Of a DNA stretch of 64,000 nt, positions 1 to 14,900 are shown in pieces; position 1 is the stretch's first letter; each line of letters begins with the position of its first letter. The position numbers and the translations under genes were made by a program. The stretch is from Octopus sinensis (taxonomy: Eukaryota): positions 31,930,001 through 31,994,000 of the forward strand of contig NC_043008.1 in assembly GCF_006345805.1 (NCBI RefSeq), read 5' to 3'. The notes under the pieces are model-generated. The model was given only the letters and a program-made list of their open reading frames with translations, made no database searches and had not been told where the DNA came from.

Positions 1-145
1 CATGTGGTCTTGGGTTCAGTCCCACTGCATGGCACCTTGAGCAAGTGCCTTCTACTATAGCCCCAGGCAACTGGAGCCTTGTGGGTGGATTTGATAGACA
101 AACTGAAAGAAGACCATAGATGTGTGTGTGTGTGTATGTGTGTGT
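1..145 (+). mobile_element. SINE family A (tRNA-like head, CORE-like segment, internal TA/TG microsatellite), partial
   Basis: gggttcagtcccactgc..gcaccttgagcaagtg..ctactatagcc shared with about 11 other copies in the window. Confidence 0.8.
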
Positions 146-1000
146 ACTCTTATTTTGAAATGATCATCATCATCATACAAGTAATGTTTTTTTTCCCCCA
201 CCTCCCATGAGAAACATATCTGGCTATGGGGAAATATTACCTTACTTGGAAACAGGAAGGACATCTAGTTGTAAAATAAATCTGCCTCAACAAATTCCAT
301 CCAACCCATGCAAACATGAAAAAGTGAACATCAAATGATGATGATGATGATGATGTAACAACTGAATGCTCATTATCAAAACCAGTCTACTGAAGAAAGC
401 TTTATGTATACAAAAGTTAACATAATGTACAGTTGGACTGAGCATATCAGAGCAAATTGTGTAGCACCAAGCTCTCAGAAAAACTTCTGACAGCCCAGGA
501 AATGAGAGAATGGCATCTGTTGGCAAAGTTTTTTTTTTTTGTCTTTTTTTAATGCCAGGCAGTCTTTGATGAACAGTATTGCTTCCACCAAAGTTCTCAA
601 GGATGAGAAAGTATTGATGTGTGATGTAGCAGATTTGATAGGCTCTATATTGTTGTTGTTTAGTCTCTAAGTCAGCCCTGACAGAACAGACACACTTTTT
701 GATCAAAGGCATTCATCCAATATTTTTTTCCAGGTATATTGCTCCTGGAACTTCATCATCCACTGTGTTGTTTCTTAAGAGAATAGGGTGTGGTTTGAGG
801 GAGACATGGCTACTATTCCTAGCAGATTTAGTAACTGCATAGAAGCTCACTTTAATCTCTTAAATAAACTGTAAAGATAGACAAGAATGAAGGTGGTTAC
901 TTGCAACTGTTCTTCTAACTTGTACATACTGGAAAGAAGGACAATAGATTAATATTCTGTAGGGGCCTGTCTGACAGTCAATGGATAGAAATTTCAACCT

Positions 1001-1224
1001 GAAGGCTGCGAGCTGACAGAAACATTAGCATGCCGGGCGAAATGCTTAGCGGTGTTTCGTCTGCTGTTACGTTCTGAGTTGAAATTCCGCCAAGGTCGAC
1101 TTTCCCTTTCATCCTTTTGGGGTTGATAAATTAAGTACCAGTTACACACTGGTGTTGATGTAATCGACCTAATCCCCTTGTTTGTCCCCTCTATGTCTAG
1201 CCCCTTGTGGGCAATAAAGAAATA
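1001..1224 (+). mobile_element. SINE family C (Nin/Deu-like gcctttcatcctttcggggtcgataaa segment), full length
   Basis: 14-bp TSD agaaatttcaacct at 987-1000 and 1225-1238; domain name is from memory. Confidence 0.9.
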
Positions 1225-1344
1225 AGAAATTTCAACCTATTAGATCTGACTCAGATTTACCTCAGTTAGATATTAAATTAGCTTACAGGTATTAAGAGAT
1301 TTAATGCTATTTTTAGCAGTTCAAGTGTAGTTGACAAGCTTTAA

Positions 1345-1867
1345 CCTTTTAGCATTCAGATTAATCTGTCAAATGTAATGCTTCTTTATTCATTGTTTTG
1401 AAATAATTATACATTATCTCATAGCTTCAAGATTTCAGTGATCTTCATGATGATGATCATCATCATTTAAGGTCTGTTTTCTATGTTGGCCTGGGTTGGA
1501 TGGTTTGACAGAAGCTGTCCAGCTGAAGAGCTGTCCGGGCTCCAATTGATTGTTTTAGCATGGTTACTATGGCTGGATGCCCTTCCTAATACCAACTACT
1601 TTCCAAGGTGTGCTTGGTGCTTTTTATGTGCTGCTAGCATGGATATATTTATATGGCACCAGCACAAGTGCATTTTACTTGGCACTGACGTGAGTGTATT
1701 GTATGCGACACTGACACAAGGGAATTTTATGTGGCACTGGCATGTCATGTGATTGCTTATTTTTATAATGACATTGTAAAGTATGTGTGAGGAACCAGAT
1801 CTAACCACTTTGAACATAAAACAAGTAGAATATTTGGGCTGGATATGGTTGGTTTAAATACTAAAGG
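1345..1867. mobile_element. TTAA-type MITE interrupted by a family B repeat
   Basis: ttaa-cctttt-agcatt start and decayed aatactaaagg-ataa end; family B copy at about 1450-1750 (-) inside. Confidence 0.45.
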
Positions 1868-2009
1868 ATAAAGACATTCAATGCTACATTTAACAATTCA
1901 AATATAGTTGACACACATTAAGAGATTCAATGCTACATTCAGAATTTTAAGTAACTGAGCTTATTAAAAAGGTAACTGATGTGTTTCCACAATTCTTATA
2001 TATTTTCAG

Positions 2010-2150
2010 GCTGACATAGATAAAGCTGTAGCAGCTGCTAAAGCTGCCTTCAAGAGAGGGTCCAAATGGCGCTGTATGAATGCCAGTGAGAGAGGCTTGT
2101 TAATCAACAAATTGGCCCACTTAATTGAGAGAGACAGAATATATTTGGCT
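2010..2150 (+). CDS. ALDH1/2: ALDH exon, 141 nt ([20 protein letters not shown]...ERDRIYLA)
   Basis: ttttcag acceptor, gtaagt donor, phase 0-0. Confidence 0.96.
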
Positions 2151-4293
2151 GTAAGTTTTCAACTTTATCACCCTTCTTTTGCATTTTTTTCATTTTATTG
2201 TTTCTGAATTTGTTTGCAATATTTTATATTCAATCTCCTTGTATTTGTGTGTGGTGTGTGTGTACATATATATATATATATAAAAAGCACCATTCAAGCA
2301 TGATCGTTACTAAAACATTTGAGCGAGGTCGTTGCCAGTGCCACTGGACTGGCTCCTGTGCAGGTGGCATGTAAAAAAACACCATTTGAGCATGGCCATT
2401 GCCAGTACTACCTAACTGGTCCCTGTGCCGGTGGCATGTAAAAAGCACCCACTACACTCTCGGAGTGGTTGGCGTTAGTAAGAGCATCCAGCTGTAGAAA
2501 CTCTGCCAGATCAAGATTGGAGCTTGGTGCAGCCATCTGGTTCGCCAGTCCTCAGTCAAATCGTCCAACCCATGCTAGCATGGAAAGCGGACGTTAAACG
2601 GTGATGATGATGATGAAGCATGTGTGTGTGTGCTTGCATAAGTTTTGTGAATGAGTATAGGCTTGGTACTAATGAAATGTAAGCTCATGTGAATACTCGA
2701 GTTAGTATATGTGTGTGTATTTATATCATCACTATCACCATTTTACATTCACTTTCTATGCTAGGTCCATCAGGTCAGTGACTACATCTTACTCTAGTGT
2801 CTTAATTTTGGCTTGGTTTCTATAGCTGATGCCCTTTCTGATACCAACTAACTTTTAGATTTTTAGAGTGTACTGGGTATATTTTTTTCATGGTATCAGC
2901 ACTACAGAGTTTGTCTTGCACTCAGCAAAACTAAATATTCATCTCAAACCTGTTGAGAAAATTAAGCAGAAGCATGTGTTGCCTCTACTTAATTTTCTAG
3001 AATGTACTTGGTGCTTTTTTGTGCTACCATCACTACTGAGTTCACCCTTATAATTCACAGATTGAAAGAGCCTCCACCACTGAAAGAGAGAGTAGGAGAG
3101 AGAGTGATGATTTAGGTGAGGTGTTGAAAGAAGTCACAGTATGATGGGTGGAATGGATTTATTGTTCTTTACATAAATAGATACATATAGTTAATCAGGT
3201 TGTCCACGAAGGAGTTTTATCCAATGATTGGCATAGCAACATTATAGTCAACTACTACAAAGGCAAAGGTGATGCCTTAGACAGAAATAATTACAGAGGC
3301 ATCAAATTGCAGGAGCAGGTAATGAAAGTCACAGAAAGGGTCATAGCTTAATTAATTAGGATGGGAGTTAGTGTAGATGAGATGCAGTTCGGATTTGTGC
3401 CAACTGATGCTATATTCCTGATTAGGAAAGTGCAAGAGAAGTATTTAGTCAAAAATAAACCTCTGTACCTGGCTTTTGTCAACATGGAGAAAGCCTTTGA
3501 CAGGATCCTCCACTCCTTTATCTGGTGGTCAGTGCAGAAGCTAGAGATAGGTGAGTGGTTAGTGAGAGCTGTACAAGTCATGTACAGAGATGCTGCCAGT
3601 AAGATGAAGGTTGGTAATAAGTATAGGAATGAATTCAGTGTACAGGTAGGAGTTCACCAAGGCTCAGTTCTCAGCCTCCACCTGTTTATCTTAGTCCTCT
3701 GGGTCTTAACAGAGGAATTCAAGACTGGCTATCCCTGAGAACACCTCTACATTGTTGACCTTGCTCTTATGGCTGAATCACTACCTGACCTAGAGAAGAG
3801 ATTGCCGGTGTAGAAACAAGGTCCGGAATCTAAGGGCCTTAGAGTTAATTTAGCAAAAATCAATGTCCTAGTAAGTAGGAAAACAGACAAATCATAAGTC
3901 TGTTCTGGGAGATGGCCCTGCTTGGTATGTAAGAAGGTAGAAATTCCATGCATTGTATCCAGTGCAAGCTTTGGACACCTAAGAGGTATGATAGTATCAA
4001 AAGAATAGTCTTTGCATGTGCAAAATGTGCAGGTATAACAAGCACTAAAAGTTCCGTGCTGCATCTGAGAAAGTAACAGTTCATGATATATATGTAAGTA
4101 TATACATACGTACATATGTATGTATGCACGCATGCATGCATGCATGTATGTATGTATGTATGTGAGTGTACATACTCACATACATACGTATGTATGTACA
4201 TACGTATGTATATACATACATACATGCGTAGACATGCATACATGCATGAGCACATACATGTACACACATACATGCATACGCACATACATACAT

Positions 4294-4324
<31 letters not shown>

Positions 4325-7300
4325 TACACACAAACTTACATACATATATATCATAAACTAACTGTTACTTTCTCAGATGCAGCACGGAATTTTGTCAGTG
4401 AACAGGTCATGGTCTCAAAGCAACAAAAATATTTTGACAAATTAAATTTAAATGTTGAAGTGAATCTAACGGTTTTTGTGTGTTTCTTAAATGGCTCATA
4501 AACACCTTCCACTCTGCAACTGTTTTCGTTCCAGCACACGGTCTCAGATCAGGTCACTTGCTATGCAAGTACATCTCCGTAATTATAAAATTAGTAATGG
4601 TTAAAATAAAATGAGATCTCATCAAGCACAAGAGAATCTTTAACTTGTACTGTATAAAGTAAATTTACAACTTTTGTCTTTTTAAAATTTTCTATCATTT
4701 CACTGTTAAATGCTTATACAATCCATTTTTAGAGTAAAATTTATAAATCATCATCTACGTAAGTTAGTTTAGTAGTGATACCTCACTTTATACTTAGGTG
4801 AGTGCTAGGCACATCGACTACTTAAAAGGGAAGGCAACCGAAAATAGTTAAGAAACACTTATGTAGACCATAGATGTAGAAAAATCAAAAGTGAGCCATT
4901 ATAAAAAGAAGTTGCTGATCCTTGACTTTATAATGCAGTTTTTAAAAAGACAAGATGGTCATTGTTGGAACGTCTTTCATCATATACCTGTTCGATCGGG
5001 ATTGACTTGAAGTAGAAGTAAGAGATAAAATTCACATAATTTCTTTATGTCATCATAAAAGTATTTTAGAAGATGAAAACAAGGGAGGCTACTCAAGGTA
5101 GTCAACAACTAGTTAAGCTATGATTGTCTGATCATTCCATGTCATGAACAGCTGCCAGCCAGGCTATAAAACTAACAGGGCCTGTGAAATAAGAATTTCT
5201 TTTTTGTCTTTAATTTCATGCTACCGCACTGCACATTTAATTCCGTGCTACTGCACTGCACATTTAATTCCGTGCTACTGCACTGCACATTTACATCATT
5301 TTTGCACAGTTTCAGTAATATATCTGAAAGTTCGCTTTTCTAAAAGGTTTTTAAACTTTCCCTCAATGCTTCACTATCCTGGAGGAAGGGATACTATAAG
5401 TGATTTTCCCATGACCCTTCTCCCAGTGCAGCGGAGCTGATTCAGAGAGAGAGAGAGAGAGAGAGATGTATCAACCTTAGTAGTTGACTGAGATATTTTA
5501 TTTCATTGACCCCAGAAAGATGAAAGTTAAATTTGATCTCAACTGGATTTGAACTCAGAGTATAAGGAGCAAAAACAAACACTACAAGGCACTCTGACTC
5601 GTGCTCCATTAACTCTTCCAATTTCTCAAACTGATATGATATGAAACAAAATACGCTCAACACAGTTGCTCGAAAAATTGTCTGAAATTCGTTTTTATCA
5701 GCTGCTACACTCACAAAAAAAAGAAACAAAGAAAAGATATAAATGAATTATGTTGTCCAAGATAGACTGTGGTAAAAATATAAAAAGAAGATTGGATGGC
5801 TACAAATGGAATCCCTTAGTCTCAAGAACTGTTTAATCAATAACTAAGCTGATACTAAACAATACCTTACAAAGCAGCCCCAAACACCTTTGGTTACACA
5901 TTTGCTTAACAAGGGTTAAGCAACACATTTAAGTCTTCTGTCACTCACTGTTGACCATCTGTTTGTGCTTGCATGCTCTAGCTTGGGCAAAGTTTAGTGT
6001 AAATCGTATTCACTATTCCAGGTCTTTTGGCTCTAGACCTTCTATGGTCTAGTCACTGACCACAGAGCACTCAACCATGTTCCAGCAACACTGGTCTTAG
6101 GTTCCAGTCCTTTTCAGGACTAACCTCTGACCCCGAGCGACTCAGCCATGTTCCAGTTCTAGCGACGGATGACCTGTCAGCCAACTATGTTCCTGATCCA
6201 GACATGACAACGGTAACTTACATCAGCAACAGACAGGACGTTCTCCAATTCTGTCGCCTTCCTCTGCCACAGTTAACACAACAGGGTCAAACTAGCCAAA
6301 CATGGTTGTTATCTCATACGAGATCATTCCTAATATGTCTCTCAAACAGTGAGGATATCAGTTATGCTACAAGTGCCTTAAAACTAATCTGGCTTGATAA
6401 CAGCAACTGAAAGCATTGGAATGGACACACTTAAACATCCTGTCTGATTCTCTGACAGTTCGACTAATTCACCAGCTTTGTTTCATAATTTTTACTAAAC
6501 AACATTGGTATAACTACAAATAAGTGCTCTCTCCCTCGACCAACTTTGTTTCTTAATAACTTTCAGAAAAATCCATGCATTTTTTAAAATAGAATTTCAA
6601 AAAATATGTTTCAGATGATGTAGATTACGATCATGTTGGAATTTAACGTTAAAAAAAAACAAAAAAAAAAACAATGAATCCACTTACCTCATCAAAATTT
6701 ATGAAAAAACAAAGTTGAGTTATCCATCATTACTTTTTTTTTTACATCAAATTCCAACATAATAATCTATGCCAATGGTTCTCAATTGGGATAAATATGA
6801 CCCTAGGGAGTCCAAATAAGAGTTTGTTGCTCAAATTTATGGGCAATAAATTTGTTATACTCTTGCAAAATATTTTAACAATTTCTTTTATAGAAATCCT
6901 AATAATATTTAATTATAAAAATATCATAGGACTTTTTAAACATTGAATGGGTATGAAGGCCTATCTAAGTAAAATAAAAATCAATAGGTAAAAAAAATCA
7001 TTGAAAACCACTAATCTACACCATCTGAAATTTATTTGTATAAAATTCTATTTAAAGATATCCACTTTCTAGAAAGTTAGGAAATCAAATCAAGGTCGGT
7101 GAATTATCCAAAACTCAATCTCCACACCTCTCTGAAAAAATTTCCACAAGAAATTCCATTATATATTTCTTTATTGCCCACAAGGGGCTAAACATAGAGG
7201 GGACAAACAAGGACAGACAGAAGGATTAAGTCGATTACATCGACCCCAGTGCGAAACTGGTACTTTATTTATCGACCCCGAAAGGATGAAAGGCAAAGTC

Positions 7301-8897
7301 GACCTCAACGGAATTTGAACTCGAACGTAAGAGCAGACGAAATACCGCTAAGCATTTCGCCCGGCGCGCAAACGTGTCTGCCAGCTCGCCGCCTTAAAGA
7401 AATTCCATTATAATCGTAATCTACACCACCTGGAGCATGTTTATTCTTTTTCTTTTATTCTTTTACTTGTGCTGGAGCACTGCCTTGAAGTGTTTTTGTC
7501 AAACAATTTGACCCCAGGACTTATTTTAAAGCCTACTACTTATTTTATTATCTCTTTGCCTAACTGCTAAGTTATGGGGACTTAGTGATGATGTCAAGTG
7601 ATAATGGGTGGCACAAGCCCAGACACAAAGACAGTATATATATATATATATATATATATACGACAGGCTTCTTTCAGTTACCAAATCTACTCACAAGGCC
7701 TTGGTCAGCCCAAGGTTATAGTAGAAGACATTTGCCCAAGTTACCACACAGTGGGACTGAATCCAGAACTATATGGTTGGGAAGCAATCTTCCTACCACG
7801 CAGCCATGCCTGTAGAAATTTCATTAATAAATAGGCATTTTTCCTAAAGATTTTAAGAAACAAAGTTGTGAGGAGGTGGGCCCTTCTGTAGTTATACCAC
7901 ATCAGTAGAAACTATTGATTGATCTCTGTAAATTTTTATTTCATTTTTAGAGTCTGGAAACCCTTGATAATGGTAAACCTTTCAAATCCTCTTTGGGGGA
8001 CATAGAATTTGGCCTATCACTACTGAGATATTATGCTGGTTGGGCAGACAAGATTGAAGGAAAGACAATTCCAGTTGGTGAGTTAACTAGTATGTGTGTG
8101 CATATGTTCATATGGGTATATGTGTGATGTGTGTGTAGCTGTGCTTTTGTATGCGTTTCTATGTACTGAATTATCTTGGTTGTGGCTGCACATACGTGTT
8201 TTTATATACACCTATGTTTGTGTGTGTGTAAATTTGATGATTTGTTTAGCCTCAGCTTAGCCTTAGTTGAACAAACTTAAAACCAGATATTCCACCATCT
8301 TCTAATGTGCAAGGAACCCAGAAATACGTTGTCCAACCTGTACTTTTTATGACAATGGGATGATATTTGAAAGAGATTTGGTTGCTGTTTTTAGCAGGCC
8401 AAAGACTGGATAAAACACATTGCCAAGATGGCTGAGGGTGTCTTGGCATCACTTACCAAGTCCTTTGATGTTGCTACTCCTCTTATGCATCTATAGCTTA
8501 CACTGGGTACATCTTATGGAGTTTCTGCCTACACCTTTTCCACAGATCGAGCAGGATCATCTACCTGAAGCTGTTGTGATGTGTTCACCTTCATACTCAC
8601 TAGGACTTTGGTTTTTGCAACATTGACTCTAAGGCTCTCTGATTCTAAACCTTACTTCCACACCTGAAATTTCTTCTCTAGTTCTGGTAGTGATTCTAAT
8701 GAGAATAGTATCATCTCATCAGTGAACCTTGCAATGACCATGTACACACAGATGGCACTTCAGCCTGGCTTCATTCTGAAAGTGCATTTAAAGAATTAAT
8801 ACTTGAACTGCCTGTCCCCTGGCTGACTTGTGACCTACGTATTGTACCATGCCAGAAAAGGCTAACAGCCAACTTGCAAACATATTTACATATTTTT

Positions 8898-8936
<39 letters not shown>

Positions 8937-11900
8937 ATACATACAATCAAAGGATTTTGGAACTGTTGCCATGGTAATGGAACTTGAAGTACACAGAATA
9001 AAGATGCTTGGCACAGATTGACCTTGAACTCTGTCTTGCGTTCACACTAAGTTATAACATTCTCACTCACTTCCATTGTTTATAGCTGTGCTGGTTATAA
9101 CAGGGGTCTATGGCGATGAACCTGAAACCAAAGTAAAAAATCAAATATCACTTGAAAGGAACAAGATTTCAAGGTGTCGAGGAAATCCAAGTGAATGCAA
9201 CAAAGCAGTTACTAGCTTTCCCAAAAAGGAGTTCCAGGAATGTTTCCATCAATGGAAACAACACTGGATAAAGTGTTTGGCTTCAGAAGGGGACTGATTC
9301 AAAGGGGATTAAATGCCAAATTGATATGTTTTGTAGTTTGCTTTTTATAGCATCAGTCCCAATACCAAGCTTTACTGTCTGTTTTGGCAGGATTTTTACC
9401 ATTGGATGCCCTTCCAAATGCCAACTACCTTACAGAATGGTCTGGGTGCTTTGTATGTGGTACCAGCACTAGCAAGGTCTGCTTTGGCATGATTTTTACT
9501 GTTGGATGCCCTTCCAAATGCCAACTATTTTACAGTATGAACTGAATGCTTTTTATGTGACACTAGCTCTGGTGGGATTCATCAAGTAACTCACAAAATC
9601 CCGTAATTATATCACAATTATTGTCCAACACATACCAGTATGGAAAGTAGACATTATATGATGTGTATATATGTGTGTGCATATATATGTGTATGTTGGT
9701 GTGTGTTCCCTCGGCTTGATGTGGTTGTGACATGGTTGTAAACAAGCATCACTATCATACTAGCAGTATTGTTCACTTCCAGTCTTTCATGAAAAGCATA
9801 TCTGTCCTCGGAAATATGTCAGCGTGCTTGGAAACAGATATGGGTTGGCTTGAAGAAGGACATCATCTGCCAACAAATTCCATCTGATCCTTACAAGCAT
9901 GAAAAAGTGGTCGTTAAATGATGACATGATGATGATAATATTCATTCTAGTTTTAAGATAGTAAAAAGGTATTTGAAAGTGATTTGTCTGTTATTTCTAG
10001 CAACCACATCAAATTAACTGCATTGGCTCATATTATTTAGTCAATTAAAGGGTTTTGAAATGGTTACTTTACCTGTTCAAAGTAGATCTCCCACAAATCA
10101 TGCCCTTCTTATAACTTTAATATTTCCAGATGGTGACTTCTTCTGCTACACCAAACATGAACCAGTTGGAATATGTGGCCAGATTATTCCGGTAAGAAGA
10201 GTTATTTTTAATATCATATCTATAAAAGGCATGATGTGTGTGTGTACGTGATTGTAATTTATGCACGTCCACAAATTAGCACACATGTCGCTTCAATTTT
10301 AGGAGGACGTTCGTCAACACCCTATCTGGGTTTTGTCAACTTTTTTTTCCCGAGGCACCCACGGATAGTGGTAAAATTCTATTTTCAGCCATAGCTTTTT
10401 GACAGTGTCTAACAAAAAAAATAAGATAAAGAAAAGTGGAAGAGGGGCAGAGAGTTTCGCAGGAAAGACAAAGTGAGAGAAGGAGAGAGAGAGAGTAAGT
10501 GACGATATTCATAAAAAATAAAATGTAAAATGTTTTTTTTTCTTAAAAACGAGATATAGTGTTCAAATTCAGGATGTTTTTGAAAGACACTATATTTTAT
10601 AATCATAGTATATATACTTTCTCACACAACAATTGCAATATAGTTATTTTAAATCATTCATCTTTCTTACCCCACTCTCTCACACATTACTTTGGGTGCG
10701 AAAGAGTTTTGTTTTTATTTTATGCCGAGTAAAAAAAATGTTTTCTTGAGAGTCGATATTACTTAGTTTGGTTTGAAATAAAGAACTTGATTAGCTAAAT
10801 AATCGTAACTTAATCCTGGGCAAGGCCAGGTTATACTGCTAGTTATCATTAATATCAGCACCAACAACATATTTTGTTTTTAATACTAATGAAAAATAGG
10901 TCATGCTTACAATATTTACAATTTGATCAGTTTAATCTTTGACTGGTTTTAAATTGGAAATCTGTATTTCTAAGCAAGAATGATAATACTCTTATTTTTA
11001 TCCTTTGGTAACAATTTAGGAATAAAAATTCTTAATTCAAATTCAGCCTCCATATTATACTGTATATACATCAAAGAATAAGATATTTCATGATGATCAA
11101 AGATCATGCTTACTGAATCATAATTTCATCTCTATGAAAAGATGTTGATGGATTTAATAGTCCCATGTCTTATAATCTTAAATATTCTGCATATTTTAAA
11201 GTAGTCATAATCTAAATGACAGAGTCTAATCAAAATATATTGTTAATATTTTAGTCATTCTCATATCTGCCTTTATATTTTATGTTTAAATTCCATCAAG
11301 GTTGACTTTACTTTTCATCCATTCAGGATCGATAAAATAAGTACCAGTTGAACACTGGAGTCAATGTAATCAACTTGCCCTTCCATAAAATTGTTGACCT
11401 TGTGCCAAAATTTGAAACCAGCATTTTTGTCATTTTTATATGTTGATACTCACATTACCATGGAGATGATATTAATACTTTCATGTGTTTGATGTTGATA
11501 TCATGTAGAGGATATTAAAAATATCATATTGACTTTGACACACAAACAGCGCTGATATTGCCATTTAAACAATATTATTTATTGATGTTAGTGTATTCTT
11601 GATATCTCTTTGTTACACTGACACTAATAAACAATACAGTATCAGATTAAGATCCATAGAGGCCCTGAGCATTTAAAAGCTCTTGGTACCCCCATACATA
11701 TGTAAATCAAAATATAAACAATATTAAACCATAAAACGAATTTTTAGTTTTCAAAATAAACTAATAGTAAGATGGAAAATAATGTTTATTTTTGTATGCT
11801 TTCACTTTTTTTTTATATTTGAAAAGGTTTCTCCTACTTTTTTTAATTGCAAAGTTTTTAATCAGACCCTCAAAATTACTCTTATGTAACACAACTGCTT

Positions 11901-14900
11901 CTATACTTAGTAGAGATAAGGCATCTTACCTGCCTTGTTGCATAGTTGCTCTGATGGAATTTTTGCTATACTTCAACTAAAAAAAATGTCTGATCAGCAC
12001 CTCATAAATGGACAGAATGAAATACAAACTCAGTTATCACCATCAATCCACAACTATGTGAAAAATAAAAATCTGAAAAGACATGCCTTGCCAAAAGCAA
12101 CACCATTTGGCTATTTTCACGAGTTTCTTGACATTTCATTAGCACTTTCAGTCCACAAAATTATGAAACATTAATTACATTATTTGTTGTCACTGTCATG
12201 AAAATGGAAAGGTGAGCTGTCAGTGACACGTAAAAAGCACAAACCGATCGTGACCGTTTGCCAGCCTCCTCTGGCCCCTGTGCCAGTGGCACGTAAAAAG
12301 CACCCACTACTCTCATGGAGTGGTTGGCGTTAGGAAGGGTATCCAGCTGTAGAAACCCTGCCAGATCAGACTGGAGCCTGGCGCAGCCTCATGGCTTCCC
12401 AGACGCCGGTAGAACCGTCCAACCCATGCTAGCATGGAAAACGGACATTAAACGATGATGATGAGGAGGAGGAGGATGAATCAACTTACTTACAAAGTTA
12501 CTATGCTACCACATCTGTTGTTGGCATGCTTGAAGCTGAGTCAACTAATGAGCCCTGCCACTACACTCCCTTCTCAGTGAACAACTGAATGGGACAGCCA
12601 ACGTGACTAAAATATGAATGATCATGCGAACCTCTGTGGACTTTGAGGCAGTGACCAGATTCTGATTTTGTTGTATTTCCCAAGATTAATATATATAATT
12701 AACCTCTATTATTATGATTTTATTTTAGTCTTTTTTGTGTGTCAATAGCAAATACTTTTAAAAGGGGAAATATTTATTAATTGCAGAGTAATACAATGAA
12801 TAATTATGATATATAACTTTATTTGAACTTAAAATACACACACACACACATACATGGCTAAATTGACTAAAGTGTTCATTTTGGACTCTGGCTTTGAAAA
12901 TAGGTCAGGTGATAAACGTCATATTCCAACATGAGCACTTTCAGTAATGGTGAAGATGAGCACTTTAGATAATTTTACCATATATATACTGGGAGAGAGA
13001 AAAATAGTGTATGTATATATGTGTGTATGTATGTATGTGTAGGAAGTGAGGCCAGGCATCACTGCATATGCATGCACTGTAAATTTGCTCAGAAATAAAC
13101 ACCACACTCAAATGCCATTCACTGACGCATAACACTGACAAGTAAATAATACTCAGTAACATGTGAATAAATCATAAACTCTGCCCATCTTGTTTATGAT
13201 TGATCAATTTTCTATGACATCACTATGACTTCATGAATACTTCAAAATTATATTTCCAATCATTTAAACCACTTCAAATATTATTTTAGCATGTTTAAAG
13301 TGATTTCTTTTGTTATGTTAACCATTTACCATTTCTGTAGTGTTCCCCTTCCCTTGGTGCCCTAAGCAGATGCTTATTTTACTTAACAGTCAATCCAGTG
13401 CTAAACTACACTAACACTTGTAAACACTTCAGTAACACCATTAAATACTTCAGTAATATCAATAAACACTACAGTAACATCAGTAATCATTACACTAACA
13501 TTTGTAAACATCATACCAGCACCAGTAAACACCACAGCAACACTAGTAAACACTACACTAACACCAGCAAATATTACACCAATACTAGTGATCACTACAG
13601 TAACACTGGTAGACACTTACCAATAAATACTACACTAATAACAATAAATACTTCAGTAATACCAGTAAACACTACAGTAACACAAGAAAACACTACACAA
13701 ACACCAGTAAACACTGCATGAATACCGGTAAACACTGCACTAACACCAATAAACACTGCACTAACATCAGTAAACACTGCACTAACACCAGTAAACACTT
13801 CACTAACATCAGTGAACACTGCACTAACACCAGTAAACACTTCACTAACATCAGTGAACACTGCACTAACATCAGTAAACACTTCACTAACATCAGTAAA
13901 CACTGCACTAACACCAGTAAACACTTCACTAACATCAGTGAACACTGCACTAACGTCAGTAAACACTTCACTAACACCAGTAAAAACTGCACCAACACCA
14001 GTAAACACTTCACTAACACCAATAACCACTTCACTAACGCCAATAACCACTTCACTAACGCCAGTAAATACTTCAATAATGCTAGTAAACATTGCACTAA
14101 CACTAGTAAACACTGCACTAACACCAGTAAACACTGCACTAACGCCAGTAAACACTGCACTAACACCAGTAAACACTGTGCTAACATCAGTGAACACTGC
14201 ACTAACGTCAGTAAACACTTCACTAACACCAGTAAACACTGCACTAACACCAGTAAACACTGCATTAACACCAGTAAACACTTCACTAACACCAGTAAAC
14301 ACTTCACTAACATCAGTGAACACTGCACTAACGTCAGTAAACACTTCACTAACACCAGTAAACACTTCACTAACACCAGTAAACGCTGCACTAATACCAG
14401 TAAATACTGCACTAACACCAGTAAACATTACAGTTACACTAGCAAACACTACACTAGTACCAGTAAATTCTACAGTCACATTAGTAAACATCACACTAAC
14501 AGTAATAAACACCATACTAACACCAGTAAATAGAACAATGACATCATTAAACACTACACCAACACCAATAAATACTACAATAATACTAGAAAACACTATA
14601 GTGACACCAGTAAACACTACATTAACACCAATAGACTAAAACATTGATGTTGTTTTTTTACAGTGGAACTTTCCTATCTTGATGTTCCTCATGAAAATTT
14701 GCCCTGCCCTGACTTGTGGTAATGTATGTGTTGTGAAACCTGCTGAACAGACACCTCTCACAGCTTTATATATGGGTGCATTGTTGGTAGAGGTAATTAG
14801 CTAACAATTTCTACTTTATTATTTAACCAGTTACCATGTGTCATCTTAAATGTCGTTCTTACATCATATTCATGTATATGTGTGTGAGTGACTGTGTATG

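Noticed and set aside
1-2009. ALDH exons 1-2 and promoter
   Set aside because: I found no exon encoding the expected IFINNE..NP.T segment; it is presumably upstream of the window.
13398-14637. CRISPR-like array
   Set aside because: The units are contiguous with no unique spacers, the context is eukaryotic and there are no cas genes.
13398-14639. Long ORFs of 241-340 aa (Thr/Asn-rich, Val-rich) on both strands
   Set aside because: They are a by-product of a 21-bp (multiple of 3) minisatellite with stop-free frames; intronic, with no evidence of coding constraint.
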